DNA of 64,000 nt from the NCBI RefSeq assembly GCF_056712565.1, contig NZ_CM160072.1, one strand, 5' to 3'. Shown here piece by piece: positions 31,066-42,347 of the stretch. Numbering within the stretch: position 1 is the first letter of the stretch; each line of letters opens with the position of its first letter. The notes under the pieces are model-generated. The model worked only from the letters and a program-made list of their open reading frames with translations, had not been told where the DNA came from and did no database searches. The translations under genes and the position numbers were made by a program.

Positions 31066-31776
31066 TGCCAGTTGTGGCTGCACAACTTCGTGGCTTAACG
31101 GCTTGCTGACCACGTAACGGCCATTGACCACAGAAACGGTCGGTGGCTTACGGGTTTGCTCAAAGTAGTCGTAGCCCGGCTTCAGTTGCTCCCAGAAGTC
31201 CTTAAAGTTGGAATATTTATGGCGCTTCATATTGGCGTCGGTCATGCGGAACGGATAAATACTCACTTGCACGCTCGGCTGACCAAACACCAGCGCACCA
31301 GTAACGAACTGGAAGATCTCATCAATACCCTGATTGGTCATCGCGTAGCAGCCGATGGAAACACAATCGCCGTGAATCATCAGGTATTTCCCTTCATAAC
31401 CATGCGCACGGTCATAGGCGTTTGGGAATCCAATATTAATCGCTTTGTAGTAACGGCTGTCTGGTTTTAACTGATTACGCTGGACGCTATAAAACCCTTC
31501 CGGGCTTTTGAAATCGCCCTGACGCTGTTTTGGCCCTAAGCCGCCGGAATATTTACAGATTTTATAGCTGTCGAGCAGTTGATATTGCTCGCCCATTTTG
31601 ACGTAGAGATCGAGCGTACGTTCTTCCTTGAAGATCTGGATGTAGACAGGGGATCCCATCAACTGCTGCTTATACTCTTTGCTCACTGGCGTGGTCGAGC
31701 TACTGCTGCCCAGCAAACCGGCAAACGAAACGCACGGGATCAACAACATCGCAAGAATTAATGCGATTTTACGCAT
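31036..31776 (-). CDS. yafK: L,D-transpeptidase-family periplasmic protein YafK
   Basis: 246-aa ORF with signal peptide; convergent 30-bp overlap with yafJ 3' end. Confidence 0.85.
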   Translation of the reverse strand: MRKIALILAMLLIPCVSFAGLLGSSSSTTPVSKEYKQQLMGSPVYIQIFKEERTLDLYVKMGEQYQLLDSYKICKYSGGLGPKQRQGDFKSPEGFYSVQRNQLKPDSRYYKAINIGFPNAYDRAHGYEGKYLMIHGDCVSIGCYAMTNQGIDEIFQFVTGALVFGQPSVQVSIYPFRMTDANMKRHKYSNFKDFWEQLKPGYDYFEQTRKPPTVSVVNGRYVVSKPLSHEVVQPQLASNYTLPEAK

Positions 31777-32078
31777 ACTGCTTATTCCTTGATAAAACGG
31801 TTACACACGCCAGGACGGCAAAATGAATCCCAAATCGGAATAGTCTGGATTTGGAAGGCTCACATTATCACCAAAAGAGTTTTACGCAAGCCTGTCGGCG
31901 CAGGGTTTACAAATTTAGCACAGGGGCAGTTTTCAAGAGTCCGAAAAGCGCATGGATTGTAGATTTATTTCTTATTTCCTAAGATTATGAAACCGCAATA
32001 GTAATATGCAAATAAGCAATTAATAATCCCGTTTACTCCTCCGGTCTTTTAAAATTCTCACCTTCATTCAGCTGGTTT

Positions 32079-32837
32079 ATGTCCTTCATGTCTTCGTTCT
32101 TGCACGGCAGATTTCTGCATCCAGGCGTGTTTTCGTTATGCGTTTTGCTCCCTTTACTCGCCAGCGCCACCACATCACATATCTCTTTTAGCTACGCCGC
32201 CCGCCAGCGGATGCAAAACCGTGCGCGTTTATTAAAACAGTACCAAACCCATCTGAAAAAGCAGGCCAGCTATATTGTGGAAGGCAATGCCAAAAGCAGA
32301 AGGGCGCTGCGCCAGCATAATCGGGAGCAGATAAAACAGCATCCAGAATGGTTTCCTGCGCCGCTCAAGGCGAGTGACAGACGCTGGCAGGCGTTGGTGG
32401 AGAATAATCATTTCTTAAGCAGCGACCATCTACATAACATCACCGAAGTGGCGATTCACCGCCTGGAGCAGCAGCTAGGTAAGCCTTATATCTGGGGGGG
32501 CACGCGGCCTGATAAAGGCTTCGACTGTAGCGGGTTGGTTTTTTATGCCTACAACAAGATCCTTGAGGCTAAGCTCCCGCGCACGGCCAATGAGATGTAC
32601 CACTACCGTCGGGCAACGATTGTGGCGAATAACGACCTGCGCCGGGGAGATTTGCTGTTTTTCCATATCCACAGTCGTGAGATAGCCGACCATATGGGCG
32701 TATATCTTGGAGACGGTCAGTTTATCGAGTCACCGCGCACCGGGGAAACCATTCGGGTAAGTCGGTTAGCCGAACCTTTCTGGCAGGACCATTTTTTAGG
32801 CGCGCGACGGATTTTGACGGAAGAGACGATTTTGTAG
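32079..32837 (+). CDS. yafL: NlpC/P60-family peptidase YafL
   Basis: 252-aa ORF with signal-like N-terminus; NlpC/P60 Cys motif (DCSGLV) and downstream His. Confidence 0.8.
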   Translation: MSFMSSFLHGRFLHPGVFSLCVLLPLLASATTSHISFSYAARQRMQNRARLLKQYQTHLKKQASYIVEGNAKSRRALRQHNREQIKQHPEWFPAPLKASDRRWQALVENNHFLSSDHLHNITEVAIHRLEQQLGKPYIWGGTRPDKGFDCSGLVFYAYNKILEAKLPRTANEMYHYRRATIVANNDLRRGDLLFFHIHSREIADHMGVYLGDGQFIESPRTGETIRVSRLAEPFWQDHFLGARRILTEETIL

Positions 32838-32930
32838 GCCGGATAAGGCGTTCACGCCGCATCCGGCGGTTGTGCGCCGGTGTCTGATGCGACGCTACGC
32901 GTCTTATCATGCCTACAAATCTGTGCATTT
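32835..32930. repeat. REP/BIME element
   Basis: ggccggataaggcgttcacgccgcatccggc ... gcgtcttatcatgcctaca. Confidence 0.8.
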
Positions 32931-33012
32931 TTTGCGAGCCGCTTTCCCGATTTAACACAACATCATTGCCGACTTTTCCTTTTCTTCTTACCGTTGAGAA
33001 AAAGGAGTCGTT

Positions 33013-33510
33013 ATGTCTGAATATCGTCGTTATTACATCAAGGGGGGAACCTGGTTTTTCACGGTAAATTTACAGAATCGTCGAAACCAACTTTTGACCA
33101 CCCAGTTTCAGACGCTCCGTAACGTTATTATTAAAGTTAAGCGAGACAGACCTTTTGAAATTAACGCTTGGGTAGTTTTGCCGGAGCATATGCATTGCAT
33201 ATGGACATTACCTGAAGGCGATGATGATTTTTCCTCGCGCTGGCGGGAAATTAAAAAGCAATTTACCCATGCTTGTGGATTGAAAAATATCTGGCAACCA
33301 CGTTTTTGGGAACATGCTATCCGCAATACCAAAGACTATCGCCATCATGTTGATTATATTTATATAAATCCAGTAAAACATGGTTGGGTAAAACAAGTGA
33401 GTGATTGGCCATTCTCAACGTTTCACCGCGATGTTGCGAAAGGGTTATATCCCATCGATTGGGCGGGAGACGTAACGGATTTTAGTGCTGGGGAGCGTAT
33501 CATTTTATAG
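33013..33510 (+). CDS. rayT: REP-associated tyrosine transposase RayT (YafM)
   Basis: 165-aa ORF; HUH-type motif (HMHCIW); AAGGAG RBS; flanked by REP clusters on both sides. Confidence 0.85.
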   Translation: MSEYRRYYIKGGTWFFTVNLQNRRNQLLTTQFQTLRNVIIKVKRDRPFEINAWVVLPEHMHCIWTLPEGDDDFSSRWREIKKQFTHACGLKNIWQPRFWEHAIRNTKDYRHHVDYIYINPVKHGWVKQVSDWPFSTFHRDVAKGLYPIDWAGDVTDFSAGERIIL

Positions 33511-33830
33511 CTGTGCGCCGATGCCTGATGCGACGCAGACGCGTCTTATCATGCCTACAAAACCGCGCTCACCCGTAGGCCGGATAAGGCGTTCACGCCG
33601 CATCCGGCGGTTGTGCACCGGTGCCTGATGCGACGCAGATGCGTCTTATCATGCCGACAAAACCGCACTCACCCGTAGGCCGGATAAGGCGTTCACGCCG
33701 CATCCGGCGGTTGTGCACCGGTGCCAGATGCGCCGCTACGCGTCTTATCATGCCGACAAAACCGCACTCACCCGTAGGCCGGATAAGGCGTTCACGCCGC
33801 ATCCGGCAATATGCACCGATGCCGGATGCC
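33511..33830. repeat. Tandem REP/BIME array, about three ~100-bp units
   Basis: Unit ...gtaggccggataaggcgttcacgccgcatccggcggttgtgcaccggtgcctgatgcgacgc..gcgtcttatcatgccgacaaaaccgcactcaccc repeated with minor variation. Confidence 0.85.
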
Positions 33831-35569
33831 TACATCAACGCCCCCATTATCTTCAACTCCAGCTCATCCAGCACTTCGTTATACGACAGCACATGCAGCC
33901 CTGGTGCAAACAACCTTGCGTAGCGCGCCAGCAAAGGGCGCAGCTGCGGCGGCACCAGCAGCACCGGATCTTTCCCCGCCGCTTTCATCTGCTCCTTCAC
34001 CTGCGGCATCGTGATCTGAAACTGGTTGAGCATATTCGGGTCCACCGGCACGCTATCGAGCATCACTTTGCCGGCCTGTTGCGCCTGATTCACCACGTTG
34101 GTCAGCAGATTTTCCAGCTCATTATTCAGCGTATACACCGTCAGCTCCTGCTTGCGAACGAACGGATGGGTAATGCTGCGCCGCAGCACCAGGCGCACAT
34201 CGGCCGTCAGCAGAATATGATCTTTAGTCACCGCACTACTGGCGACCAACACGGTGGCGATGGTGACGATATCGCGCAGGGAAACGCTTTCAGTCAGTAG
34301 TGTGCGGTACACTTTCAGCAACTGGCTGTAATTGAGCGCCGCGCTCAAATCTTCCGCCAGTCGCGGTGCCATCGACGACAAACGGTTATGCAGCTGAGTA
34401 ATATCGTCATAGTTAAACAAATCAGGAATATAGCTGCGCACAATCTTATTCACATGGGTGGCAATTACGCTGGCGCTGTCGATCACCTGATACCCCATAT
34501 TCAGCGCCTTCGCTTTCTGCGCGGGCTGAATCCAGGTGACCGGCATCCCGTACGCCGGGTCGTTCCCCAGCACGCCGTCTATCTCGCCGTAGGTTTCGCT
34601 GGAGGGCAGGGCCATCAGTTTATCCGCCGGAATATCCGCTTCATCAGCCTTAATGCCGTTGATGAAAATAGCGTACTGGCTGGGCTTGAGGCGGAAGTTT
34701 TCCCGAATACGGATCTCCGGCAGCAGCACGCCGTTGCCGTCGGAAATCACCTGACGTACGCCGCGAATACGCTGGGTGAGCGGGTTGCCCTGCGCTTTAT
34801 CCACCAGCGCCACCAGTTTGTAGCCGAGGCTTAAACTGATAGGTTCGATCAGCGGAATAGTTTCCCAACTGACCTGTTGCTCGCTGGTTTCTGTCATCGT
34901 ACGGGTTAGCGTTTCGAGGCTTTTCTCTTCCGCCTCCGCCGCTTGCGGGCGCTTGCTCATCCGCCAGCCGGTAAAACCAAGCAGGGCGCTGAACATCAGG
35001 AACGGGAAATGCGGCATTCCCGGCACCACCGCCAGCACGAACATAATTCCAGTGGCGGTGTAGAGAACCGACGGGCTTGCCAGCAACTGATTACGCACGT
35101 CATGGGCGATATCACCGTTATCGCTGACGCGGGTGACGATAATCGCCGCCGCGGTGGAGAGCAGCAGGGAAGGGATTTGCGCCACCAGCCCATCGCCGAT
35201 AGTCATCAGCACATATTGCTGGAAGGCGGCGTCGGCGCTCAGGTTGTATTTGAAGATCCCGATACAGACGCCGCCGATCAGGTTGATCGCCAGAATCATC
35301 ATCCCGGCGATGGCATCCCCGCGCACAAATTTTGATGCCCCGTCCATTGCGCCGTAGAAATCGGCCTCGCTGGCAACATCTTTACGCCGGGTTTGCGCCT
35401 GCGTCTGGTTGATCAACCCGGCGTTAAGATCGGCGTCAATCGCCATCTGTTTGCCGGGCATCGCGTCCAGGGTAAAGCGGGCAGAAACCTCGGAAATACG
35501 CTCGGCCCCCTTGGTGACGACGATAAAGTTGATTGTCAACAGCGTCAGTAAATCCGAGCGTGAAAGCAT
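33830..35569 (-). pseudogene. lfhA: 5'-truncated FlhA-like lateral flagellar export gene (lfhA remnant, Flag-2 scar)
   Basis: 579-aa ORF homologous to the FlhA core and C-terminal part but lacking the N-terminal transmembrane region; abuts the lafU remnant. Confidence 0.7.
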
Positions 35570-36299
35570 TATCGCCGCGCTGCACGGGCAGTCGATTTTT
35601 AACGGTGGTGGGTTGTCGCCGTTAAATAAAATCAGCCCGTCTCATCTGCCAAAACCTGCCACCGTGGCGGTGCCGGAAGAGACGGAGAAAAAAGCGCGCG
35701 ACGTCAACGAGAAAACGGCGCTGTTGAAGAAGAAATCCGCCACCGAGCTTGGCGAGCTGGCGACCAGTATCAATACCATCGCCCGTGATGCGCATATGGA
35801 AGCGAATCTGGAGATGGAGATTGTTCCCCAGGGATTACGCGTGCTGATTAAAGACGACCAGAACCGCAATATGTTTGAACGCGGCAGCGCGAAGATTATG
35901 CCGTTCTTTAAAACTTTGCTGGTGGAGCTTGCGCCAGTGTTAGACTCGCTCGATAACAAAATTATTATTACCGGGCATACCGATGCGATGGCCTACAAAA
36001 ACAATATCTACAACAACTGGAACCTTTCGGGCGATCGCGCGCTTTCGGCTCGTCGGGTGCTGGAAGAGGCCGGAATGCCGGAAAATAAAGTGATGCAGGT
36101 AAGCGCAATGGCGGACCAGATGCTGCTGGATGCCAAAAATCCGCAAAGCGCGGGCAACCGGCGCATTGAGATTATGGTGCTGACCAAAAGTGCGTCCGAT
36201 ACGCTGTATCAATACTTTGGTCAGCATGGGGATAAAGTGGTGCAGCCGCTGGTGCAAAAGCTGGATAAGCAGCAGGTGCTTTCGCAGCGAGCGCGTTAA
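35545..36299 (+). pseudogene. lafU: 5'-truncated MotB-like gene with OmpA-type C-terminal domain (lafU remnant)
   Basis: ORF 35409..36299 encodes an OmpA-like peptidoglycan-binding region (IIITGHTDAMAYKNNIYNNWNLSGDRALSARRV...NRRIEIMVL) but lacks the N-terminal TM segment; the first ~45 codons are antisense to lfhA'. Confidence 0.6.
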
Positions 36300-36335
36300 A
36301 TGCTGAATCTTTACGCATTTCTCAAACCCTGAAAT

Positions 36336-36355
36336 CACTGTATACTTTACCAGTG
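36336..36355 (+). promoter_or_regulatory. LexA box upstream of dinB
   Basis: CACTGTATACTTTACCAGTG fits CTGT-N8-ACAG, ~15 nt upstream of dinB ATG. Confidence 0.8.
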
Positions 36356-36369
36356 TTGAGAGGTGAGCA

Positions 36370-37425
36370 ATGCGTAAAATCATTCATGTGGATATGGACT
36401 GCTTTTTCGCAGCGGTGGAGATGCGCGACAATCCCGCCCTGCGCGATATCCCTATTGCTATTGGCGGCAGCCGCGAACGACGGGGGGTAATCAGCACCGC
36501 CAATTATCCCGCGCGTAAATTTGGCGTACGTAGCGCTATGCCGACAGGGATGGCGCTCAAATTATGCCCGCATCTCACCTTGCTTCCAGGGCGCTTTGAC
36601 GCCTACAAAGAAGCCTCAAATCATATCCGCGAAATTTTCTCGCGCTATACCTCGCGCATTGAACCGTTATCACTGGATGAAGCCTATCTCGATGTCACCG
36701 ATAGCGTCCATTGCCACGGTTCTGCGACCCTCATCGCCCAGGAAATCCGCCAGACGATCTTCAACGAGCTGCAACTGACGGCGTCTGCGGGCGTTGCGCC
36801 GGTCAAGTTTCTCGCCAAAATCGCCTCCGACATGAATAAACCCAACGGTCAGTTTGTGATTACTCCGGCTGAGGTTCCGGCATTTCTGCAAACCTTACCG
36901 CTGGCAAAAATTCCCGGCGTCGGCAAAGTCTCAGCGGCTAAACTGGAAGCGATGGGGCTACGAACCTGCGGTGATGTGCAAAAGTGTGATCTGGTGACTC
37001 TGCTCAAACGTTTTGGCAAATTTGGCCGCATTTTGTGGGAGCGTAGTCAGGGCATTGACGAGCGCGACGTTAACAGCGAAAGGTTGCGAAAATCCGTCGG
37101 TGTAGAACGTACGATGGCGGAAGATATTCATCACTGGTCTGAATGTGAAGCGATCATCGAGCGGCTTTACCCTGAACTGGAGCGTCGTTTGGCAAAGGTA
37201 AAACCTGATTTGCTGATTGCCCGCCAGGGGGTGAAATTAAAGTTCGACGATTTTCAGCAAACCACCCAGGAACACGTCTGGCCGCGGCTGAATAAATCTG
37301 ATCTAATCGCCACCGCGCGTAAAACCTGGGATGAACGCCGCGGCGGGCGCGGTGTGCGACTGGTGGGGCTGCATGTGACGTTGCTTGACCCGCAAATGGA
37401 AAGACAACTGGTGCTGGGATTATGA
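36370..37425 (+). CDS. dinB: DNA polymerase IV DinB
   Basis: 351-aa ORF; Y-family polymerase N-terminus ([14 protein letters not shown]). Confidence 0.95.
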   Translation: MRKIIHVDMDCFFAAVEMRDNPALRDIPIAIGGSRERRGVISTANYPARKFGVRSAMPTGMALKLCPHLTLLPGRFDAYKEASNHIREIFSRYTSRIEPLSLDEAYLDVTDSVHCHGSATLIAQEIRQTIFNELQLTASAGVAPVKFLAKIASDMNKPNGQFVITPAEVPAFLQTLPLAKIPGVGKVSAAKLEAMGLRTCGDVQKCDLVTLLKRFGKFGRILWERSQGIDERDVNSERLRKSVGVERTMAEDIHHWSECEAIIERLYPELERRLAKVKPDLLIARQGVKLKFDDFQQTTQEHVWPRLNKSDLIATARKTWDERRGGRGVRLVGLHVTLLDPQMERQLVLGL

Positions 37426-37476
37426 TGTATACTATTTTGTATATTCTGGTGTGCATTATTATGAGGAGATCACTGT

Positions 37477-37770
37477 ATGCATCGAATTCTCGCTGAAAAA
37501 TCGGTCAATATCACTGAGTTACGTAAAAACCCAGCTAAATACTTTATTGATCAACCTGTTGCGGTTCTTTCTAATAATCGCCCCGCAGGATATCTCTTAA
37601 GTGCCAGCGCATTTGAAGCATTAATGGACATGCTTGCAGAACAAGAGGAGAAAAAGCCCATAAAGGCGCGCTTCCGTCCGAGTGCTGCAAGATTAGAGGA
37701 AATTACACGCCGCGCTGAACAATATCTTAATGATATGACGGATGATGATTTCAATGACTTTAAGGAATAA
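37477..37770 (+). CDS. yafN: Antitoxin YafN
   Basis: 97-aa ORF immediately upstream of yafO; GGAG RBS. Confidence 0.85.
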   Translation: MHRILAEKSVNITELRKNPAKYFIDQPVAVLSNNRPAGYLLSASAFEALMDMLAEQEEKKPIKARFRPSAARLEEITRRAEQYLNDMTDDDFNDFKE

Positions 37771-37772
37771 GG

Positions 37773-38171
37773 ATGCGGGTATTCAAAACAAAACTTATTC
37801 GCCTGCAACTTACAGCAGAGGAACTTGAAGCGTTAACGGCGGATTTTATTTCCTATAAGCGTGACGGTGTTTTGCCAGATATATTTGGTCGTGATGCACT
37901 CTACGACGACTCGTTTACCTGGCCATTAATCAAATTTGAGCGAGTTGCTCATATTCATCTGGCAAATGTGAATAATCCATTTCCGCCACAGTTGCGCCAA
38001 TTCAGCAGAACGAATGACGCAGCGCATTTGGTATATTGTCAGGGCGCGTTTGATGAGCAAGCATGGTTGCTCATTGCCATTCTGAAACCTGAACCTCATA
38101 AACTGGCTCGAGATAACAACCAAATGCATAAAATTGGGAAAATGGCAGAAGCGTTTCGCATGCGTTTTTGA
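37773..38171 (+). CDS. yafO: Toxin YafO (ribosome-dependent mRNA interferase)
   Basis: 132-aa ORF 2 nt after yafN stop. Confidence 0.85.
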   Translation: MRVFKTKLIRLQLTAEELEALTADFISYKRDGVLPDIFGRDALYDDSFTWPLIKFERVAHIHLANVNNPFPPQLRQFSRTNDAAHLVYCQGAFDEQAWLLIAILKPEPHKLARDNNQMHKIGKMAEAFRMRF

Positions 38172-38180
38172 ATTTATATT

Positions 38181-38633
38181 ATGAATAACATACAAATAAG
38201 AAACTATCAGCCTGGTGATTTTCAGCAACTATGCGCTATTTTCCTTCGAGCTGTTACGATGACGGCGAGTCAGCACTATTCTCCACAGCAAATTGCCGCC
38301 TGGGCGCAGATTGACGAATCTCGCTGGAAGGAGAAACTCGCGAAATCACAAGTGCGGGTTGCAGTTATTAATGCACAACCGGTTGGTTTTATTACCTGCA
38401 TTGGACATTATATCGATATGTTATTTGTTGAACCGGAATACACCCGACGCGGGGTTGCCAGCGCTTTGTTAAAACCATTGATTAAGTCTGAATCCGAACT
38501 TACGGTGGACGCCAGCATAACCGCAAAACCCTTTTTTGAACGTTATGGTTTTCAGACAGTTAAGCAGCAGCGCGTTGAATGCCGGGGAACGTGGTTTACT
38601 AATTTTTATATGCGATATAAACCGCAACATTAA
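38181..38633 (+). CDS. yafP: GNAT-family acetyltransferase YafP
   Basis: 150-aa ORF following yafO. Confidence 0.85.
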   Translation: MNNIQIRNYQPGDFQQLCAIFLRAVTMTASQHYSPQQIAAWAQIDESRWKEKLAKSQVRVAVINAQPVGFITCIGHYIDMLFVEPEYTRRGVASALLKPLIKSESELTVDASITAKPFFERYGFQTVKQQRVECRGTWFTNFYMRYKPQH

Positions 38634-38710
38634 ATCCAGCTTGCAATGAAAATAACGCCCGTCTAGTATGTGCGCGTTTTCTTATTCCACAAACTGCAAG
38701 GAGGTAAATC

Positions 38711-38758
38711 ATGACAAATCCTTTATCAATGACTCTTTGCAGACCTTTCCAGGATTAA
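38711..38758 (+). CDS. Candidate 15-codon upstream ORF (MTNPLSMTLCRPFQD) ahead of rtcB-like gene
   Basis: Near-perfect SD AAGGAGGT 6 nt upstream of ATG 38711; TAA at 38756-38758; no other support. Confidence 0.25.
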   Translation: MTNPLSMTLCRPFQD

Positions 38759-38810
38759 TTCTTTTTTCTTGCCCTGGATTCGTCTGCCATTTCCTGATTT
38801 TTATTCATAA

Positions 38811-39962
38811 ATGGAATGGTACATGGGCAAATATATTCGTCCCTTATCCGATGCGGTATTTACCATCGCATCTGATGACCTGTGGATCGAAAGTTCAGCG
38901 ATCCAACAATTACACACCACGGCAAATTTACCCAACATGCAGCGCGTTGTGGGGATGCCAGATTTACATCCCGGACGCGGCTACCCGATTGGCGCAGCGT
39001 TCTTCTCTGTTGGTCGTTTTTACCCGGCACTGGTCGGCAATGATATCGGCTGCGGCATGGCGCTATGGCAAACAGATATTCTCGCTCGCAAATACAACGC
39101 CGATAAGTTTGAAAAGCGATTATCAGATCTGGATGACGTTGCTGAAGAAAGCTGGCTGGAGGAAAACCTGCCGTCAGCATTTGCACAGCATCCGTGGCGC
39201 AACTCGCTTGGCTCCATCGGTGGCGGTAACCACTTCGCAGAACTGCAACAGATTGATCAAATTATCGACGCGGAACTGTTTGCACTGGCTGGTCTGGATG
39301 CGCAGCATCTGCAACTGCTGGTTCATAGCGGCTCGAGGGGATTGGGGCAGTCTATTTTACAGCGGCATATTGCCTCGTTTTCGCATCATGGTTTGCCTGA
39401 AGGCAGTGACGACGCGCTACGGTATATTGCGGAACATGACGATGCGCTGGCGTTTGCGCGTATTAATCGCCAGCTGATCGCTTTGCGCATAATGCAACAA
39501 GTTAAGGCCACCGGAAGTCCGGTTCTGGATGTGGCGCATAACTTTGTTAGCGCGTGCCAAATCGGCGATCAACAGGGCTGGTTGCATCGTAAAGGCGCCA
39601 CGCCGGATGACAACGGTCTGGTGATTATTCCCGGTTCACGCGGCGATTACTCCTGGCTGGTTAAACCTGTTGCGAACGAAAAAACGCTCCACTCGCTGGC
39701 GCATGGGGCGGGGCGTAAATGGGGGCGCACCGAGTGTAAAGGGCGTCTGGCAGCGAAATACACGGCGACGCAACTCTCGCGGACTGAACTTGGCAGTCGG
39801 GTAATTTGTCGCGATAAACAACTCATCTTTGAAGAAGCGCCACAAGCCTATAAATCGGCTGAAAGCGTGGTGCAATGTCTGGTGCTGGCTGGGTTAATTA
39901 TTCCTGTCGCGCGACTGCGCCCGGTGCTGACGCTCAAAAACAGTGGAGGGAAAAAAGGATGA
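38811..39962 (+). CDS. RtcB-family RNA ligase paralog (partner of PrfH)
   Basis: 383-aa ORF; stop overlaps prfH start (ATGA); alternative start ATG 38823. Confidence 0.8.
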   Translation: MEWYMGKYIRPLSDAVFTIASDDLWIESSAIQQLHTTANLPNMQRVVGMPDLHPGRGYPIGAAFFSVGRFYPALVGNDIGCGMALWQTDILARKYNADKFEKRLSDLDDVAEESWLEENLPSAFAQHPWRNSLGSIGGGNHFAELQQIDQIIDAELFALAGLDAQHLQLLVHSGSRGLGQSILQRHIASFSHHGLPEGSDDALRYIAEHDDALAFARINRQLIALRIMQQVKATGSPVLDVAHNFVSACQIGDQQGWLHRKGATPDDNGLVIIPGSRGDYSWLVKPVANEKTLHSLAHGAGRKWGRTECKGRLAAKYTATQLSRTELGSRVICRDKQLIFEEAPQAYKSAESVVQCLVLAGLIIPVARLRPVLTLKNSGGKKG

Positions 39963-40573
39963 TCTTGCTACAACTCTCCTCTGCTCAGGGGCCGGAAGAA
40001 TGTTGTCTCGCAGTGAAAAAAGCACTGGACAGGCTGATTAAAGAAGCTACCCGACAGGACGTCGCGGTAACGGTGCTGGAAACAGAAACGGGTCGCTACT
40101 CTGACACACTGCGTTCGGCGCTGATTTCTCTGGATGGCGATAACGCATGGGCTCTAAGCGAAAGCTGGTGCGGCACTATCCAGTGGATTTGTCCGAGTCC
40201 GTATCGGCCTCATCATGGGCGCAAAAACTGGTTTCTGGGCATTGGGCGTTTTACCGCTGATGAGCAGGAACAATCGGATGCAATCCGTTATGAGACGCTG
40301 CGTTCGTCGGGGCCGGGCGGTCAACATGTCAATAAAACCGACTCGGCGGTACGCGCCACGCATCTGGCATCCGGTATTAGCGTGAAGGTTCAGTCAGAGC
40401 GCAGTCAGCATGCTAACAAACGGCTGGCGCGATTACTGATTGCCTGGAAGCTGGAACAACAGCAACAGGAAAATAGCGCGGCGCTGAAATCGCAGCGGCG
40501 AATGTTCCATCACCAGATTGAACGTGGCAACCCGCGACGAACGTTTACAGGGATGGCTTTTATCGAAGGGTAA
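39959..40573 (+). CDS. prfH: Peptide chain release factor homolog PrfH
   Basis: ORF-track frame 39875..40573; ATG 39959 with GGAGGG 8 nt upstream; GGQ motif ([16 protein letters not shown]); 204 aa. Confidence 0.8.
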   Translation: MILLQLSSAQGPEECCLAVKKALDRLIKEATRQDVAVTVLETETGRYSDTLRSALISLDGDNAWALSESWCGTIQWICPSPYRPHHGRKNWFLGIGRFTADEQEQSDAIRYETLRSSGPGGQHVNKTDSAVRATHLASGISVKVQSERSQHANKRLARLLIAWKLEQQQQENSAALKSQRRMFHHQIERGNPRRTFTGMAFIEG

Positions 40574-40586
40574 TGAAGGATGATAC

Positions 40587-40618
40587 TGCCGGAAGGCGAT
40601 TAAACGCCATCCGGCAGC
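40587..40618. terminator. Hairpin between convergent prfH and pepD
   Basis: ctgccggaaggcg-attaaa-cgccatccggcag, 13-bp stem with one mismatch. Confidence 0.6.
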
Positions 40619-40629
40619 AAATCAAATAA

Positions 40630-42087
40630 TTACTTCGCCGGAATTTCTTTCAGCAGTTCAGTCAGCAGTGTCCAGTAATGGCCAACGCTTTCGATATGAA
40701 CTTGCTCATCCGGGGAGTGTGGACCGGTGATGGTTGGCCCGATAGACACCATGTCCATTTCCGGATACGGTTTTTTGAACAGGCCACATTCGAGGCCCGC
40801 GTGGATAATCTGGATGTTCGGCGTTTTGTTGAACAGACGCTGATAGGTTTCACGTACCAGATGCATTACCGGAGAGTTAGCGTCCGGCTGCCAGCCAGGA
40901 TATGCGCCTTTTGCTTCGGTTTTCGCACCTGCCAGTTTACCCAGCGAATCCAGCATGCTCACTACGTAGTCTTTACCGCTGTCGATCAGAGAACGGATCA
41001 GGCAGTGAATTTCTACGTTATTGTCGGTCATGGTCACCACACCGACGTTCAGGGAGGTTTCGACCACACCTTTTGCCACGTCGGAGTTGCGGATCACACC
41101 GTTCGGGGTGGCGTTCAGCAGACGAATAAAGGTATCGCGAGATTTCGCAATCAGGGCAGCTTTATCGTTCGCAACAGAGTCCAGCAGCAATGCCAGATTT
41201 TTCTCTTTCTCTGCCAGTTCGTTTTTCAGGATCTCCTGATAGGTATCCACCAGAGATTTCAGGGCGTCGACTTTATCAGCTGCGACAGCAATGGTCGCAA
41301 AGGCTTCACGCGGGATGGCGTTACGCAGTGTGCCGCCGTTGAAATCAATAAGACGCAGGTCCAGTTCTTCTGCATGACCCGCCAGGAAGCGCACCAACAG
41401 TTTGTTGGCATTACCCAGGCCAACGTGGATTTCACCGCCGGAGTGACCGCCTTTCAGACCTTTTAAGGTTAACTTGAAGGTTTCAAAACCAGCTGGAACC
41501 GCTTCACGATCTAAATGCAGGTTGGAGGTGAAGTCGATACCTCCCGCACAACCCATGTAGATTTCACCTTCTTCTTCGGAGTCGGTGTTAATCAGAATAT
41601 CAGCCTGCAACCAGTTGCTCTGTAAGCCAAAAGCACCGTCCATACCGGCTTCTTCGGTCATGGTCAGCAGCACTTCCAGCGGGCCGTGAACCACGTTTTC
41701 GTCAGCCAGAACCGCCAGTGCAGAGGCCATACCAATGCCGTTATCCGCACCCAGCGTGGTGCCGCGTGCTTTAACCCATTCGCCATCAATATAAGGCTGG
41801 ATAGGATCTTTAGTGAAGTCATGCACGGTGTCGTTATTTTTTTGCGGCACCATATCGAGGTGGGCCTGCAAGACGACCGGTTTACGATTTTCCATACCTG
41901 CGGTAGCAGGTTTACGAATCAGGATATTACCTACCTGATCGCGTTCGACATGGAAACCTTTCTCTTTTGCCCAACCAACAATGTATTCAGCGAGTTGCTC
42001 TTCATGATAGGACGGGTGAGGAATAGAACAGATTTTGGCAAAAATATCCCACAGCGGCTGTGGAGATAATTGAGACAGTTCAGACAC
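40630..42087 (-). CDS. pepD: Cytosol non-specific dipeptidase PepD
   Basis: 485-aa ORF, M20-family sequence. Confidence 0.95.
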   Translation of the reverse strand: MSELSQLSPQPLWDIFAKICSIPHPSYHEEQLAEYIVGWAKEKGFHVERDQVGNILIRKPATAGMENRKPVVLQAHLDMVPQKNNDTVHDFTKDPIQPYIDGEWVKARGTTLGADNGIGMASALAVLADENVVHGPLEVLLTMTEEAGMDGAFGLQSNWLQADILINTDSEEEGEIYMGCAGGIDFTSNLHLDREAVPAGFETFKLTLKGLKGGHSGGEIHVGLGNANKLLVRFLAGHAEELDLRLIDFNGGTLRNAIPREAFATIAVAADKVDALKSLVDTYQEILKNELAEKEKNLALLLDSVANDKAALIAKSRDTFIRLLNATPNGVIRNSDVAKGVVETSLNVGVVTMTDNNVEIHCLIRSLIDSGKDYVVSMLDSLGKLAGAKTEAKGAYPGWQPDANSPVMHLVRETYQRLFNKTPNIQIIHAGLECGLFKKPYPEMDMVSIGPTITGPHSPDEQVHIESVGHYWTLLTELLKEIPAK

Positions 42088-42347
42088 GTTAAGTCTCCTT
42101 GTCGATCACCCGCAAAACAGTATTGCAGGTCACAGGGTTAGCAGAAAATGTTGTCAACACAAGACAGGCTTGCGAGATATGTTTGAGAATACCACTTTAT
42201 CCCGCGTCAGGGAGAGGCAGTGCGTAAAAAGACGCGGACTCATGTGAAATACTGGTTTTTAGTGCGCCAGATCTCTATAATCTCGCGCAACCTATTTTCC
42301 CCTCGAACACTTTTTAAGCCGTAGATAAACAGGCTGGGACACTTCAC

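Noticed and set aside
33511..33830. Possible CRISPR array or coding ORFs (33593..33802 minus, 33621..33923 plus)
   Set aside because: Units are ~100 bp, imperfect and match REP/BIME consensus with no spacer-repeat alternation or cas genes; the ORFs are translations of repeats.
37426..37476. Second LexA box upstream of yafN
   Set aside because: tgtatactattttgtatat lacks the CTGT...ACAG arms; not convincing.
38668..39477. 269-aa plus-strand ORF
   Set aside because: Alternative frame overlapping the rtcB-like gene; Cys/Trp-rich shadow translation.
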